A DNA stretch of 64,000 nt from Macrostomum lignano (lineage: Eukaryota). The DNA lies in the NCBI GenBank assembly GCA_002269645.1, contig NIVC01001751.1:1-64000 (forward strand), in the 5' to 3' direction. Both the position numbers and the translations under genes were made by a program. The stretch's first letter is position 1. The number at the start of each line of letters is the position of its first letter. Shown here piece by piece: positions 51,957 through 63,939 of the stretch. The notes beneath the pieces were generated by a model. It was not told where the DNA came from. It worked only from the letters and a program-made list of their open reading frames with translations, and made no database searches.

Positions 51957-52564
51957 CTGCGGATTCGAAGCAGCTGGGAAATGGTTTGAAGATAAAAACA
52001 GCAATTTTAAGAACATTTGGTACTTTAAAATACGGAAGAACAACAGACTTTTAAATGCAAAGTACACAAAAAATTGCATGAATAACTTTGCTTGAACTCG
52101 CTATTTTTAATGGCTAATTATATAACCGTTTAAAGGTAAGCATTTAACTAATTATTAAGTTTCAGCAGCTTTTGTGCAGCAAACAATCGGCAGAAGAAAG
52201 ATTAACAAAGATTATGATACAAGCACACGGTGCAATATACTGTTAGGCTATTTTAGCTCGTAAGTTCACGACAATTCTTCGCAATAAAAAATGTGAGACA
52301 AAACTTTAATATTGATTCGCATTACTATAAGTAAGACGTAAGAGAAAGTTCACTAAACACCAGATAAAAAGGGGAGAACTAAGAAGGATCTTAACCTTAA
52401 TAGCGGCCGTACTGAAACGGTGTTAGTAAAATGAACGGCTCCGAAGAGGAAACTGGGGTTAGAGTTCGCATGCTTACAACTGGACAGATGAAAGAGTTGC
52501 TAAGAAGTCTGTTGAAACAAAATGATCCCATGTTCAGGCTGCTTGGACAGCAAATATAACTTTC

Positions 52565-53075
52565 TGCTCCAATCTCAGCCCTCCCTGCTCTAATCTCATC
52601 TCTCCTTGAATCTCACCCCTTCCTGCCGGCTCTAATCCCACCCCTCCCTGCTCCAATCTCAGCCCTCCCTGCTCTAATCTTACCCCTTCCCTGCCCTAAT
52701 CTTACCCCTTCCCAGCTCCAACCCCACCCCTTCCCTGCTCGAATCTCATCCTTCCATGCTCTAATCCCATCCCTACCTGCTCTAATCTCACCCCCTACCT
52801 CCTCTAATCTCACCCCTCCTTGCTCAAATCCCAATCCTTCCTGCTCTAACCACACTCTCCTTGCTCTAATCCCACCTCTCCATGCTCTTGCTCTATTTCC
52901 ATCCCTCCATGCTCTAATTTCACCCCTCCTTGCTCTAGTCCCACCCCTTCATGCCCTGAAATAATCTCTCCCCTCTATGATCCAATCTCACCCTCCATGC
53001 TCTAATCCTTCCACCTCCTTGTTCCAATCTCACCCTTTCTGAACCAATCTCACCCCTTCCTGCTCTATTCCGCTC
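52565..53075. repeat. Degenerate ~21-bp C-rich minisatellite (CTCTAATCTCACCCCTCCCTG-like), ENTPD intron 4
   Basis: Visible directly. Confidence 0.85.
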
Positions 53076-53659
53076 CAATTTCCTAACAACTGCATCCGAA
53101 ACTCTCAAGCAGCCCGAATCCCCTAGCCTTCACCTTAATCATGCAGATTGCAGAGAGTCAGACGCAGAGATTCAGAACTTTGAAACTTCAATTTATTTCA
53201 CAATCAGTAGACGCGCCGAGCTCAACTATTTGCTACCTTTTGAATTTGAGCAGAGTGCGCAAGGAGCGCTCTAGCCTCCGTTTGGAGCGACGCCTGGAAC
53301 GCGCAATTTTGCGGCAGAAAAAATATTATATGTATTATATAACTAAAGCAAAACAAAACTAATTCAATTCAATAACGACCGATAACACCGGAAAAATATT
53401 TGAAAAATACGGTTAGTTATAGTAACGCAGCATTCACCGGGACTATGAATACGCTACGCTACGCTCGAATCTGGGCTAATTCTGAGATAAATTATTTGCA
53501 GCTGTTCAAATCATGCCAACTAAAAGCTAAAGAGACACGCAACGCTTGCAAGCAGTACATGGTGGATGCAAAGTTTTATTGAAATCATTGAAGACTGCTG
53601 CAAATGGCTTTAAAATGAATTTGAACATGCGTTTGTTCTACAATAGTTTACTGTACCCC

Positions 53660-54125
53660 TTCCTGCTCCAATATCATCCCTCCCTGGTTCAATCTCACCC
53701 CTCCCTACTCAAATCTCACCCCTCCCTACTCAAATCTCACCCCTCCCTACTCAAATCTCACCCCTCCCTACTCAAATCTTACCTTCCCTACTCTAATTGC
53801 ACCCCTCCCAGCTCCAATCTGACCCCTTCCTACTCCAATCTCAACCTTACCTACTCCAATCTCACCCCTACCTACTCCAATCTCACCCTACCTACTCCAA
53901 TCTCACCCCTTCCTACTCCAATCTCACTCCTACCTACTCCAATCTCACCCCTACCTACTCCAATCTAACTCCTCCCTACTCCAATCTCACTCCTACCTAC
54001 TCCACTCTAACTCCTCCCTACTGCAATCTCACTCCTCCCTACTCCGAGCTCACTCCCCACTGTGCCAGTCTCACACACCATGCTCTATTCTCAAACCTTC
54101 CTGCTCTGATATCACCCCTCTGAGC
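53660..54125. repeat. Degenerate ~21-bp C-rich minisatellite (CTACTCCAATCTCACCCC-like), ENTPD intron 4
   Basis: Visible directly. Confidence 0.85.
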
Positions 54126-54223
54126 TCCACTCTCATTCCTTGTTGCTTATATCTCACCCTGCTCAGATGCCAGCGAAATAAGTGCAAAGTACGAGTAATT
54201 ACTATCGAATTGAGTCTACTCAC

Positions 54224-54521
54224 TTGAGCCGATGCCAATCAGCTTTAGGGAATTTTTTATCTCGATAGTCCTTCTCCAGCTGGTCCCAGCCTGTGGCGCA
54301 GTACCTGGCAGCCGCGGCCCTGTAGCTCAGATAGTCGTAGTGCCCGCCCATGCCCAGCACGTCGGTCATGCAGTACCAGTACTCAGAGAAGCCGATGAAT
54401 TCGGTTTTAACAAAATCAATGGGCGGCTGGTGCCGACCGAGCAGGCTGCAGGGCTGCTGCTCGCACGGCCGCTCCCGGCCGAGCAGGGGCAGCAGGCGCT
54501 GCATGCACTGGCTGAAGTTGC
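54224..54521 (-). CDS. ENTPD4: ENTPD4/7 exon 4
   Basis: GNFSQCMQRLLPLL...PPIDFVKTEFIGFSEYWYCMTDVLGMGGHY...KFPKADWHRLK; phase 1/2. Confidence 0.93.
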
Positions 54522-54614
54522 CTACGAAACAATAGTAAACATAATAAACTGAAATAGTAATTTTTATTTGAAATCAATAACTACGGTTCGCTAATATGTA
54601 TGGACAAATACAAT

Positions 54615-54740
54615 GGGGCCGTAGCCCAGTGGTCTGGCGCGGCGCACTGATGTGCCAGCGGCCCAGGCTCGATTTCAAGTGCAGTCACATGAATTTGGGG
54701 CTGAATTGCATTTCGAACCGGGCACGAGAGCCAGACGCGT
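54615..54740 (+). mobile_element. tRNA-derived SINE, family 2, short copy (antisense in ENTPD intron 3)
   Basis: GGGGCCGTAGCCCAGTGGTC...GGCTCGATTTC (A- and B-box-like); homologous copy on the - strand ending at 63053. Confidence 0.7.
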
Positions 54741-54814
54741 TTGCCTTAAAGCTACAATCTCCCTAAGCAAAATTTTGCTGGGTTTCGGACTATCTATTCA
54801 ACACGCGGTCGCAC

Positions 54815-54942
54815 CTGTGCCAATTAGGGCGCCGCCAGCTCTGGCCACGGTTAGACCTGGCGGCAGGCACGGATCGGCTATGCTTGGCGACATCGTTAGA
54901 GGCGGCGCCGGCGCTAGGGGCCTGGCCGGGCGAGTGGCATTG
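54815..54942 (-). CDS. ENTPD4: ENTPD4/7 exon 3
   Basis: ...IADPCLPPGL...LIGTG; ccctaat...ttgcag|C and ACA G|gtgcga; phases 2/1 fit both neighbours. Confidence 0.85.
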
Positions 54943-54994
54943 CTGCAATTGAAATTAGGGATGGGGCACTCTGTTAATAACTGGCTAAGGATTT

Positions 54995-55430
54995 GATTAG
55001 AGAAATGGGGTGAGACTAGAGAAATGGGTAAGGTTAGACATGAACTAGGGGTGAGATTAGAGATGAACACGGGTAAGATTAGACACCAAATGGGTGAAAT
55101 TAGAGATGAACTGGGGTGAGATTAGAGATAAACTAAGGTACGATTAGACATGAATTGGGTGAGCTTAGAGATGAACACGGGTAAGATTAGACATGAACTG
55201 GGGTGAGATTAGAGATGAAATGAGGTGAGATTAGACATGGAAAGAGGTGAGATTTGAGAATAAATAGGATTAAATTTGACGTGAAATGCGGTGAGCTAAG
55301 AGAAAAATATATGATGAAGATGGAGGTTAGATTAAAGTAAAAATGGGGTGAAATCAGACATCTAATCAGGTGAAATTAGAGAAGAAATCGGGTTTAATTA
55401 AAGAAGAGAATGGTGAGATTAGATTAGAAG
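54995..55430. repeat. Degenerate 22-bp G-rich minisatellite (GGGGTGAGATTAGAGATGAACT-like), ENTPD intron 2
   Basis: Visible directly. Confidence 0.82.
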
Positions 55431-55532
55431 GCTGAGACGTTAGAACATGGGAACGATTCGAAACTAGAGCAGCTAGGAAATAAGAAAGCACAAAAGCACC
55501 GAGTGCGATAAAACTCTGGCTACAGTACAAAC

Positions 55533-56182
55533 CTGGCTGTCAAATTGCCAACCGCGACGACAGTGGCAGGTGCAGAAGCGGCAGCAAGCAGGGTGTCCTC
55601 GTAGCGCTGCCTGGCAGAGTTGGCGCCGTAGCCCAGGAAGGTGGTGACGTACAGAGTGTGCGAGTGCTGCGCGTCGCTCTGCCTGCAGCCGAGATTGAAC
55701 TCGGCAATGGAGTCCCTGGCTGACGGCACAGCCGCCGCCGCTTCCGGACTAATCTCGTAGGCAATCTGGAAGCTGCCGCCGCCCATGTCGATGACGCCGA
55801 CTGTCCGCTTGCGCAGATGGCCGTCGGCGCCGTCGTAGCTGACCAGGCCGACACCGTCGCCAACAGAGTGGCCAAATCTGCCAAGCAGGAAGTTGGTGGT
55901 GATCCAGGCGTACACGCCCTCCTGCTTGCCGGAGATCACCTCGGCGTGGGTGTCGGAGAACAGGAAGCTGTAGCTGCGCTTCACGCCCAGACGGACGTTG
56001 GACAGGATGGCCTCCTGGCTGGCCGGCGGCAGCAGGCGCATGCCGGCGGTGCACAGGATGTACAGCGGAGTTTCAACTAGTTTGGTGCGTGGCACGGCCG
56101 AGCTGGCAAAGTCCAGCAGAGGGGTCAGGTAGTCGAAAGCTGCCGATGGCTTAGCCGCAAAGTCGGAGATGCCAGGAGTGAC
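55533..56182 (-). CDS. ENTPD4: ENTPD4/7 exon 2 (ACR2-ACR4)
   Basis: TPGISDFA...ETPLYILCTAGMRLL...FLFSDTHAEVISGKQEGVYAW...VIDMGGGSFQIAYE...LYVTTFLGYGANSARQRY, diagnostic for ENTPD4/7. Confidence 0.95.
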
Positions 56183-56235
56183 CTGGAGATTGAACAAGTA
56201 GGAAGTTATCTTTAAAGAGTTATAACTCAGCCCAT

Positions 56236-56237
<2 letters not shown>

Positions 56238-56277
<40 letters not shown>

Positions 56278-56580
56278 TAAACAGGCAGACAGACAGACAG
56301 ACAAACAGACTGACAGAGAGACAGACAGACACTAAGACAGGCAGACACTAAGACAGGCAGACACTAAGACAGGCAGACACTAAGACAGGCAGACACTAAG
56401 ACAGGCAGACACTAAGACAGGCAGACACTAAGACAGGCAGACACTAAGACAGGCAGACACTAAGACAGGCAGACACTAAGACAGGCAGACACTAAGACAG
56501 GCAGACACTAAGACAGGCAGACACTAAGACAGGCAGACACTAAGACAGGCAGACACTAAGACAGGCAGACACTAAGACAT
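56238..56580. repeat. (GACA)n microsatellite grading into a 16-bp minisatellite (ACACTAAGACAGGCAG x ~16), ENTPD intron 1
   Basis: Visible directly. Confidence 0.95.
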
Positions 56581-56615
56581 GCAGACAGCGCAAAATTACT
56601 ATATAGATTGAGCAC

Positions 56616-57011
56616 CTTCTTAACGATCCGCTTTCCGTTAGGCGCAGCCAGAGGCCGGATGTTCAACAGCTGATGCTCGTTGCCGCTGTGCGTAGGCCAG
56701 GCGTACACAAACAGCCGGGAACCGCTGCTGCCGCAGTCGATAACAACGCCGAAATGCAAGTCCAAGTGCTCGTCATTAAGTGTATAGTAGGTGCGCGATT
56801 CCGCTAATCTATCGCTGGCCGCTCGGACGGGGCCAGCCGGCCGGAATGCGAAGGCGCCCGATAATCGTGACCTGAGACTGGCGCCGCTGAGCAGCGCCGA
56901 GAAGGCGTCCGGCGCGGCCAGGCGCAGCACTAAGAGTCCTATTAGCAGGACTGAGCACAGCAGGCAGGCTTTGAGCAGGCCCGGCCTAGGCGGCTTGACG
57001 CGGCAGCGCAT
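56616..57011 (-). CDS. ENTPD4: ENTPD4/7 exon 1 (N-terminal TM helix, ACR1)
   Basis: M...LLCSVLLIGLLVL...HFGVVIDCGSSGSRLFVYAWP...IVKK|gtgctc. Six exons total 1815 nt (604 aa). Paralogue identity (ENTPD4 vs 7) cannot be resolved by eye. Confidence 0.92.
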
Positions 57012-57139
57012 TTTCGCTGCCGAGTTCGACTGACTCGGCGAATCAGCTCGACGAATTGGACTGCATTGGCGATATGAAGCAATGCATGTTAGCGTGCAGG
57101 TGGGAATGCGCTGTTTGCATGTAGAATAGGAACGGTCTT

Positions 57140-57958
57140 AACTGGGATTAGGGGGGACTCTGGGTGGGAATTAGGGATAATTCTGGATGGGGATTGGGGA
57201 TGATTCTGGATGGGGATTGGGGATGATTCTGGGTGGGGATTAGGGATGATTCTGGATGGATATTAGGGATGATTCTGGATGGGGATTGGGGATGATTCTG
57301 GGTGGGGATTAGGGATGATTCTGGATGGAGATTAGGGATGATTCTGGATGGAGATTAGGGATGATTCTGGTTGAGGATTGGGGTGATTCTGGATGGGGAT
57401 TGGGGATGATTTTGGATGGGGATTGGGGATGATTCTGGATGGGGATTGGGGATGATTCTGGTTGGGGATTGGGGATGATTCTGGTTGGGGATTGGCGATG
57501 ATTCTGGTTGGGGATTGGCGATGATTCTGGATGGGGATTGGGGATGATTCTGGATGGGGATTGGGGATGATTCTGGATGGGGATTGGGGATGATTCTGGT
57601 TGGGGATTGGGGATGATTTTGGATGGGGATTGGGGATGATTCTGGTTGGGGATTGGGGATGATTTTGGATGGGGATTGGGGATGATTTTGGATGGGGATT
57701 GGGGATGATTTTGGTTGGGGATTGGGGATGATTTTGGTTGGGGATTGGGGATGATTCTGGTTGGGGATTGGGGATGATTCTGGTTGGGGATTGGGGATGA
57801 TTTTGGTTGGGGATTGGGGATGATTCTGGTTGGGGATTGGCGATGATTCTGGTTGAGGATTGGGGATAATTCTAGACAGGGATTAGGGATGATGCTGAAT
57901 GGGGATTAAGGATGACTCTGGTTGGGGATTAGGGATGATGCTGGATGGGGATTAGGGA
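57140..57958. repeat. 22-bp G-rich minisatellite (GGGGATTGGGGATGATTCTGGT), ~36 copies, upstream of the ENTPD ATG
   Basis: Visible directly. Confidence 0.95.
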
Positions 57959-59266
57959 TTACGAGTATTCTGGATAGTAATCATGGCCAAATTCAAGTCA
58001 GTAAGTCTGAAGACTTTAATTAAAAAATAAAAATTAAAGTTAAAAATTATTATGAAAATTCAAACCAAGATTATAACAATTAAAAACAGAAGCTCACGAT
58101 GATTTAGCTTAAGCCAGTCCAGTTAGCAAGTTCGTTTGAAAATAGCTGACAAATTATTCGTTACAACTCGCGAGGTACAGCCTCAGTTGCACAATGGATT
58201 TTATATATCGCAGCCACTGGGACTGCTATGGACCCGGCACCCATCCAGCAATTTATATAGAACTCCGCTGCGGCAAGTGAGCTCAACTCAAAAAACCCCT
58301 CTAGCTACCCCACAGCTCAAACCCCCAACCGCCGCCTCGGTGTGGAGTCGAAGTGCCAAGCATTATAAATCGATTTTTTGGCCGATTTAGCAGCACCGAT
58401 ACAGGCTGGAGGGGGGGGGGGTTAGAGAGTTGGGGAGAGAGAGTCAGACAGAAGTTAGACTTCAGCACGCATTGATACAGCTGCTTAAGGGCACAGCTGT
58501 CCAGTGCCGCGCGTGCACCGCTAAACACTGGTATGAACAATTTGAATTAAGCCAAGTGCGCTGCCTCACACACGTCAGCTAAGCCAAAATCTACGCTTTG
58601 CCACGTTGGAATCAGTTTGAATTTGAACTTGAATTTCTTTAAACTAACTGCTCCTTGACTCCTTGATACGATTCGTATCGTAGACGGTTAGAATTTGTTA
58701 AAAAGCCGCAAATCAAAAGAAGCCAAAACCAATTGATAAATTGTTTAGAAAGCATTGCATCATATTAGTTAAAACTGTTGGCGCATCGAACTACTTACTA
58801 GACTAGTTAGTAGTATGGTGTGCGTATGTTTATCGCATTTTGTCAATCTAGATTTCAAAAAATACCTCCTGAGCAGCGAAACAACAGGCCGAATTTCTAA
58901 ACAAAACAGGAAATAAAGAGGCACTGGTATAGACTCAGAAAAAAAGATAGAAAACAATTAAAGCTACTCGAAGAAAAGACAGAAAAAAAAGCTAGCTCAC
59001 CTTATTTGACCCCACCTGGCAAAATCGCTGTCCGTCATGTGGGAGGCCTGATGAACTGAGCTAAATGCCAGAGCGAAGGAAAAGCTATGAGAGTACTTTT
59101 GTTTGAAAGCGCTGCTGCTGCAGTGGAATGCATGCGCTGGAATTGGTAGTTTATTTGCTTCATATCTAGCCTCTGCCACGAGAAGTACACGTGCGTACAT
59201 GGCTAACAATATAATGCGCGTACACATTTTGAATGGTCTGTATTAATAGGAATTAATATTTAAATC

Positions 59267-61759
59267 AGTGTGTACATTCCACTGGGCTGCTAATATTGGG
59301 AGACACATGGTACATCAGTGTGTACATTCCAGAGGGCTGCTAACTATGGCAGACACATGGTACATCAGTGTGTACATTCCACAGGGCTGCTAATATTGGG
59401 AGACACATGGTACATCAGTGTGTACATTCCACAGGGCTGCTAATATTGGGAGACACATGGTACATCAGTGTGTACATTCCAGAGGGCTGCTAACTATGGC
59501 AGACACATGGTACATCGGTGTGTACATTCCAGAGGGCTTCTAACTATGGCAGACACATGGTACATCAGTGTGTACATTCCAGAGTGCAGCTAACAATGGC
59601 AGACACATGGTACATCAGTGTGTACATTCCAGAGTGCAGCTAACAATGGCAGACACATGGTACATCAGTGTGTACATTCCAGAGTGCAGCTAACAATGGC
59701 AGACACATGGTACATCAGTGTGTACATTCCAGAGTGCAGCTAACAATGGCAGACACATGGTACATCAGTGTGTACATTCCAGAGGGCTGCTAACTATGGC
59801 AGACACATGGTACATCAGTGTGTACATTCCAGAGGATAGCTAACAATGGGAGACACATGGTACATCAGTGTGTACATTCCAGAGGGCTTCTAACTATGGC
59901 AGACACATGGTACATCAGTGTGTACATTCCAGAGGGCTGCTAACTATGGCAGACACATTGTACATCAGTGTGTACATTCCAGAGTGCAGCTAACAATGGC
60001 AGACACATGGTACATCAGTGTGTACATTCCAGAGGGCTGCTAACTATGTCAGACACATGGTACATCAGTGTGTACATTCTAGAGGATAGCTAACAATGGG
60101 AGACACATGGTACATCAGTGTGTACATTCCAGAGGGCTGCTAACTATGTCAGACACATGGTACATCAGTGTGTACATTCCACAGGGCTGCTAATATTGGG
60201 AGACACATGGTACATCAGTGTGTACATTCCAGAGTGCAGCTAACAATGGCAGACACATGGTACATCAGTGTGTACATTCCAGAGGGCTGCTAACAATGGC
60301 AGACACATGGTACATCAGTGTGTACATTCCAGAGGATAGCTAACAATGGGAAACACATGGTACATCAGTGTGTACATTCCAGAGGGCTGCTAACTATGTC
60401 AGACACATGGTACATCAGTGTGTACATTGTAGAGGATAGCTAACAATGGGAAACACATGGTACATCAGTGTGTACATTCCAGAGAACAGCTAACTATGTC
60501 AGACACATGGTACATCAGTGTGTACATTCCAGAGGATAGCTAACAATGGGAAACACATGGTACATCAGTGTGTACATTCCAGAGGGCTGCTAACTATGTC
60601 AGACACATGGTACATCAGTGTGTACATTCTAGAGTGCAGCTAACAATGGGAAACACATGGTACATCAGTGTGTACATTCCAGAGGATAGCTAACAATGGG
60701 AAACACATGGTACATCAGTGTGTACATTCCAGAGGGCTGCTAACTATGTCAGACACATGGTACATCAGTGTGTACATTCCAGAGGGCTGCTAACAATGGG
60801 AAACACATGGTACATCAGTGTGTACATTCCAGAGGATAGCTAACAATGGGAAACACATGGTACATCAGTGTGTACATTCCAGAGGGCTGCTAACTATGGC
60901 AGACACATGGTACATCAGTGTGTACATTCCAGAGGGCTGCTAACAATGGGAAACACATGGTACATCAGTGTGTACATTCCAGAGGGCTGCTAACTATGGC
61001 AGACACATGGTACATCAGTGTGTACATTCCAGAGGACAGCTAACAATGGCAGACACATGGTACATCAGTGTGTACATTCCAGAGGACAGCTAACAATGGG
61101 AGACACATGGTACATCAGTGTGTACATTCCAGAGTGCAGCTAACTATGTCAGACACATGGTACATCAGTGTGTACATTCCAGAGAACAGCTAACAATGGG
61201 AAACACATGGTACATCAGTGTGTACATTCCAGAGAACAGCTAACAATGGGAAACACATGGTACATCAGTGTGTACATTCCAGAGAACAGCTAACAATGGG
61301 AAACACATGGTACATCAGTGTGTACATTCCAGAGAACAGCTAACAATGGGAAACACATGGTACATCAGTGTGTACATTCCAGAGGACAGCTAACAATGGC
61401 AGACACATGGTACATCAGTGTGTACATTCCAGAGAACAGCTAACAATGGGAAACACATGGTACATCAGTGTGTACATTCCAGAGAACAGCTAACAATGGG
61501 AAACACATGGTACATCAGTGTGTACATTCCAGAGAACAGCTAACAATGGGAAACACATGGTACATCAGTGTGTACATTCCAGAGAACAGCTAACAATGGG
61601 AAACACATGGTACATCAGTGTGTACATTCCAGAGGACAGCTAACAATGGCAGACACATGGTACATCAGTGTGTACATTCCAGAGAACAGCTAACAATGGG
61701 AAACACATGGTACATCAGTGTGTACATTCCAGAGAACAGCTAACAATGGGAAACACATG
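59267..61759. repeat. 50-bp minisatellite, ~50 copies (near-invariant ~28-bp half plus variable ~22-bp half)
   Basis: ACACATGGTACATCAGTGTGTACATTCC followed by variants such as AGAGGGCTGCTAACTATGGCAG and AGAGAACAGCTAACAATGGGAA. Confidence 0.96.
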
Positions 61760-62869
61760 TAAGTTCTAGGGTCAATGTCACAAATACGAAGATCTCTCGT
61801 AGAAAAATCGAGTCTGGGACCCGTCCTGTTGCTACTACGCCTAACTGCCCACGATTTCGAAGTCAGAATTGAATACATGAAATAAGAAGACAGACAATAC
61901 ACAAACCCTGTAACCAAATGCTGTAAAACAGCTCTATCTAGAAGGTAAAATATTTTAATTAATGTCAGCAATGCACATATAGAAATTTGATTCGGAACGG
62001 CAATACGCACAATTCTATTAATAGCAGAATGGCATGTCGTCAGTGCCAAGAGAATCATACTGTGTTACATTCATCAGAATATTAAAAATAATTGGCAACT
62101 GACTAAACAATAGACAGGCAACATAATGTACTTTTAATTGCAAACCAGTCAGGGCAGTCCTTGGCACGGTGGATCTGCCAGCTAATAATTTGCATACAAA
62201 TAAAGTTCATTACTTTACCTAGTGAGTCATTAAAATTGCTTATTAAATCAGAACTACACGGCGAAATTCTAGATGAATAGAAATCTGCGTTAATGTAAGA
62301 CTATTATAAAAGAACTTTTCTCTCTAGCGAATGTACTATTATCTGTACTATAGATAAAATATTAAATATAGAAATTCATTCATTATTACAGCATTAAACA
62401 GACAATAGTTTGTATTCATGAAACAGAATCCGAATAACGGTAAGCTACTCGTGTCATATCGAGCTTAGACAATTAATACAAGCTTGCTTAGCATTTCAAA
62501 TTTTTATGACTAAATAAATAACCAGGGCTTTCTCCGAGCAATGCTATAAAGCAATGCAAAAGGACTAGTATCATCATCGCATTACTGAGCCCAAATATCA
62601 TAATCATCTGTGAAGTAAGATAATTTAAAATTTAACTGTTGTATAGGTGAAAATGTCACAACACATTTCATCAGTCTGCCTAAGTATTATCAGAGGCAGG
62701 GGCTGTGCGCACTCTGGCGCACTTCAAGCGACATTGTCACACAACCGGCGAGAGGCATTGCTGCCCATTCCGCCGACTCCCCTGAGCAGGCACACAAGCG
62801 CGCGGATACGTACGCAGTCATACGCACAGGCACACACTCACACAGGAGTGTACAGCGGCCCTAACTTTA

Positions 62870-63053
62870 TTTATCGCTAGGCATGTACACTTCACTGTGC
62901 CTTGGGGGTTGGCCCTCAAGCTGGGCGTTAATTGCACGAGCAGAGCCAAGCCGAGATTCCAATTCAGCCCCAAATTCGTGTGACTGCACTTGGAATCGAG
63001 CCTGGGTCGCTGGCACATCAGAGCGCCGCGCCAGACCACTGCACTACGGCTCC
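62870..63053 (-). mobile_element. tRNA-derived SINE, family 2, copy 2 (3' boundary uncertain)
   Basis: Reverse complement GGAGCCGTAGTGCAGTGGTCTGGCGCGGCGC...GGCTCGATTCCAAGTGCAGTCAC...GAATTTGGGGCTGAATTG matches 54615-54710. Confidence 0.68.
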
Positions 63054-63492
63054 TGTATTTTTGTGTAACAGTCGCACACTACGCTCGAAATAACTGGATG
63101 GGCCGCTCAGGCACACTGGCTGGCTGAAACAGTGTCTCTACTTTCAGCTCAGTAGCAAGGCGGGATGCGTCATCTTTTTTATGATACTAAAATAGATTAA
63201 TATTAATGTAACAGCCGTAATGACATTAGCCATCCACAGCCACTGACAATGTACATGCTAGCTTTAGGCTGCAACACCGAGTAGGGCAATAAAAATCGAG
63301 CGGCTGGGGGAGAGTAAGAGGGCCAATAAATGAGTCTCGTCTTAAAAAATACACCAAAAATGCTTCTATTTAAACTGCCTACTGAACTGAAAGTAGCTTA
63401 TGCGCAAATGTGCTGAGTGGCGTCCATTTCGGTTATTATTTACCTTAGCAGTAGCAGTTTCTAATTGATTTCTAGGTCTGTGCATACTTTTA

Positions 63493-63814
63493 TTAAGCGC
63501 CGTAGAAGAGCCTGGCAACCGGATAGCGAACGGCAAAGGCGAGCGCAGTGCAGGCGATCTGCAGAGCAAGCAGCAGCCTGGTTAACTTGGCCTCGTGCAT
63601 CGGGCCGAACAGAACCAGAGCGGCGTTGATGAGGGTGAGGTTGGTCATGCTGGCCCGTTCTTCGCCGTCGCGCAGTTCAACTTTGCATGCGACCAGTCGC
63701 AGCGGCGCGAGAATCCTGCTAGCAACCAGGTAGCAAAGCCGGCCGAGCAGGCTGAGCCGGGCGGGACAGAATTCCACCGTGCTCGGCTGCAGCTGATCTT
63801 TGGCCGGGTCGAAT
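63493..63814 (-). CDS. DPAGT1: UDP-GlcNAc:dolichyl-phosphate GlcNAc-1-P transferase (DPAGT1/ALG7), last exon
   Basis: FDPAKDQLQPS...LSLLGRL...TNLTLINAALVLFGPMHEAKLTRLLLALQI...FAVRYPVARLFY* matches the recalled DPAGT1 C-terminus (NNMTLIN...GPIHER...IRYQLVRLFY); gatgcag|A. Confidence 0.9.
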
Positions 63815-63939
63815 CTGCATCAATTATTTTGGTTTTGTTGCCAGTCTGGACTGAATAAAGGTGTGCATTTGAGCCATTTTGATCGCTCAAATCCTTGATT
63901 TATAAAATTAAATTTATAAAACTTAAATTTATAAAGCCC

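Noticed and set aside
58997-59227. 76-aa ORF as a separate gene
   Set aside because: No recognisable family and AT-rich; at most a non-coding 5'-UTR exon of ENTPD using the donor near 58993.
59267-61759. CRISPR array (constant repeat plus variable spacer)
   Set aside because: The variable parts are near-identical variants of one 22-bp sequence rather than unique spacers, there are no cas genes, and the context is a eukaryotic spliced genome.
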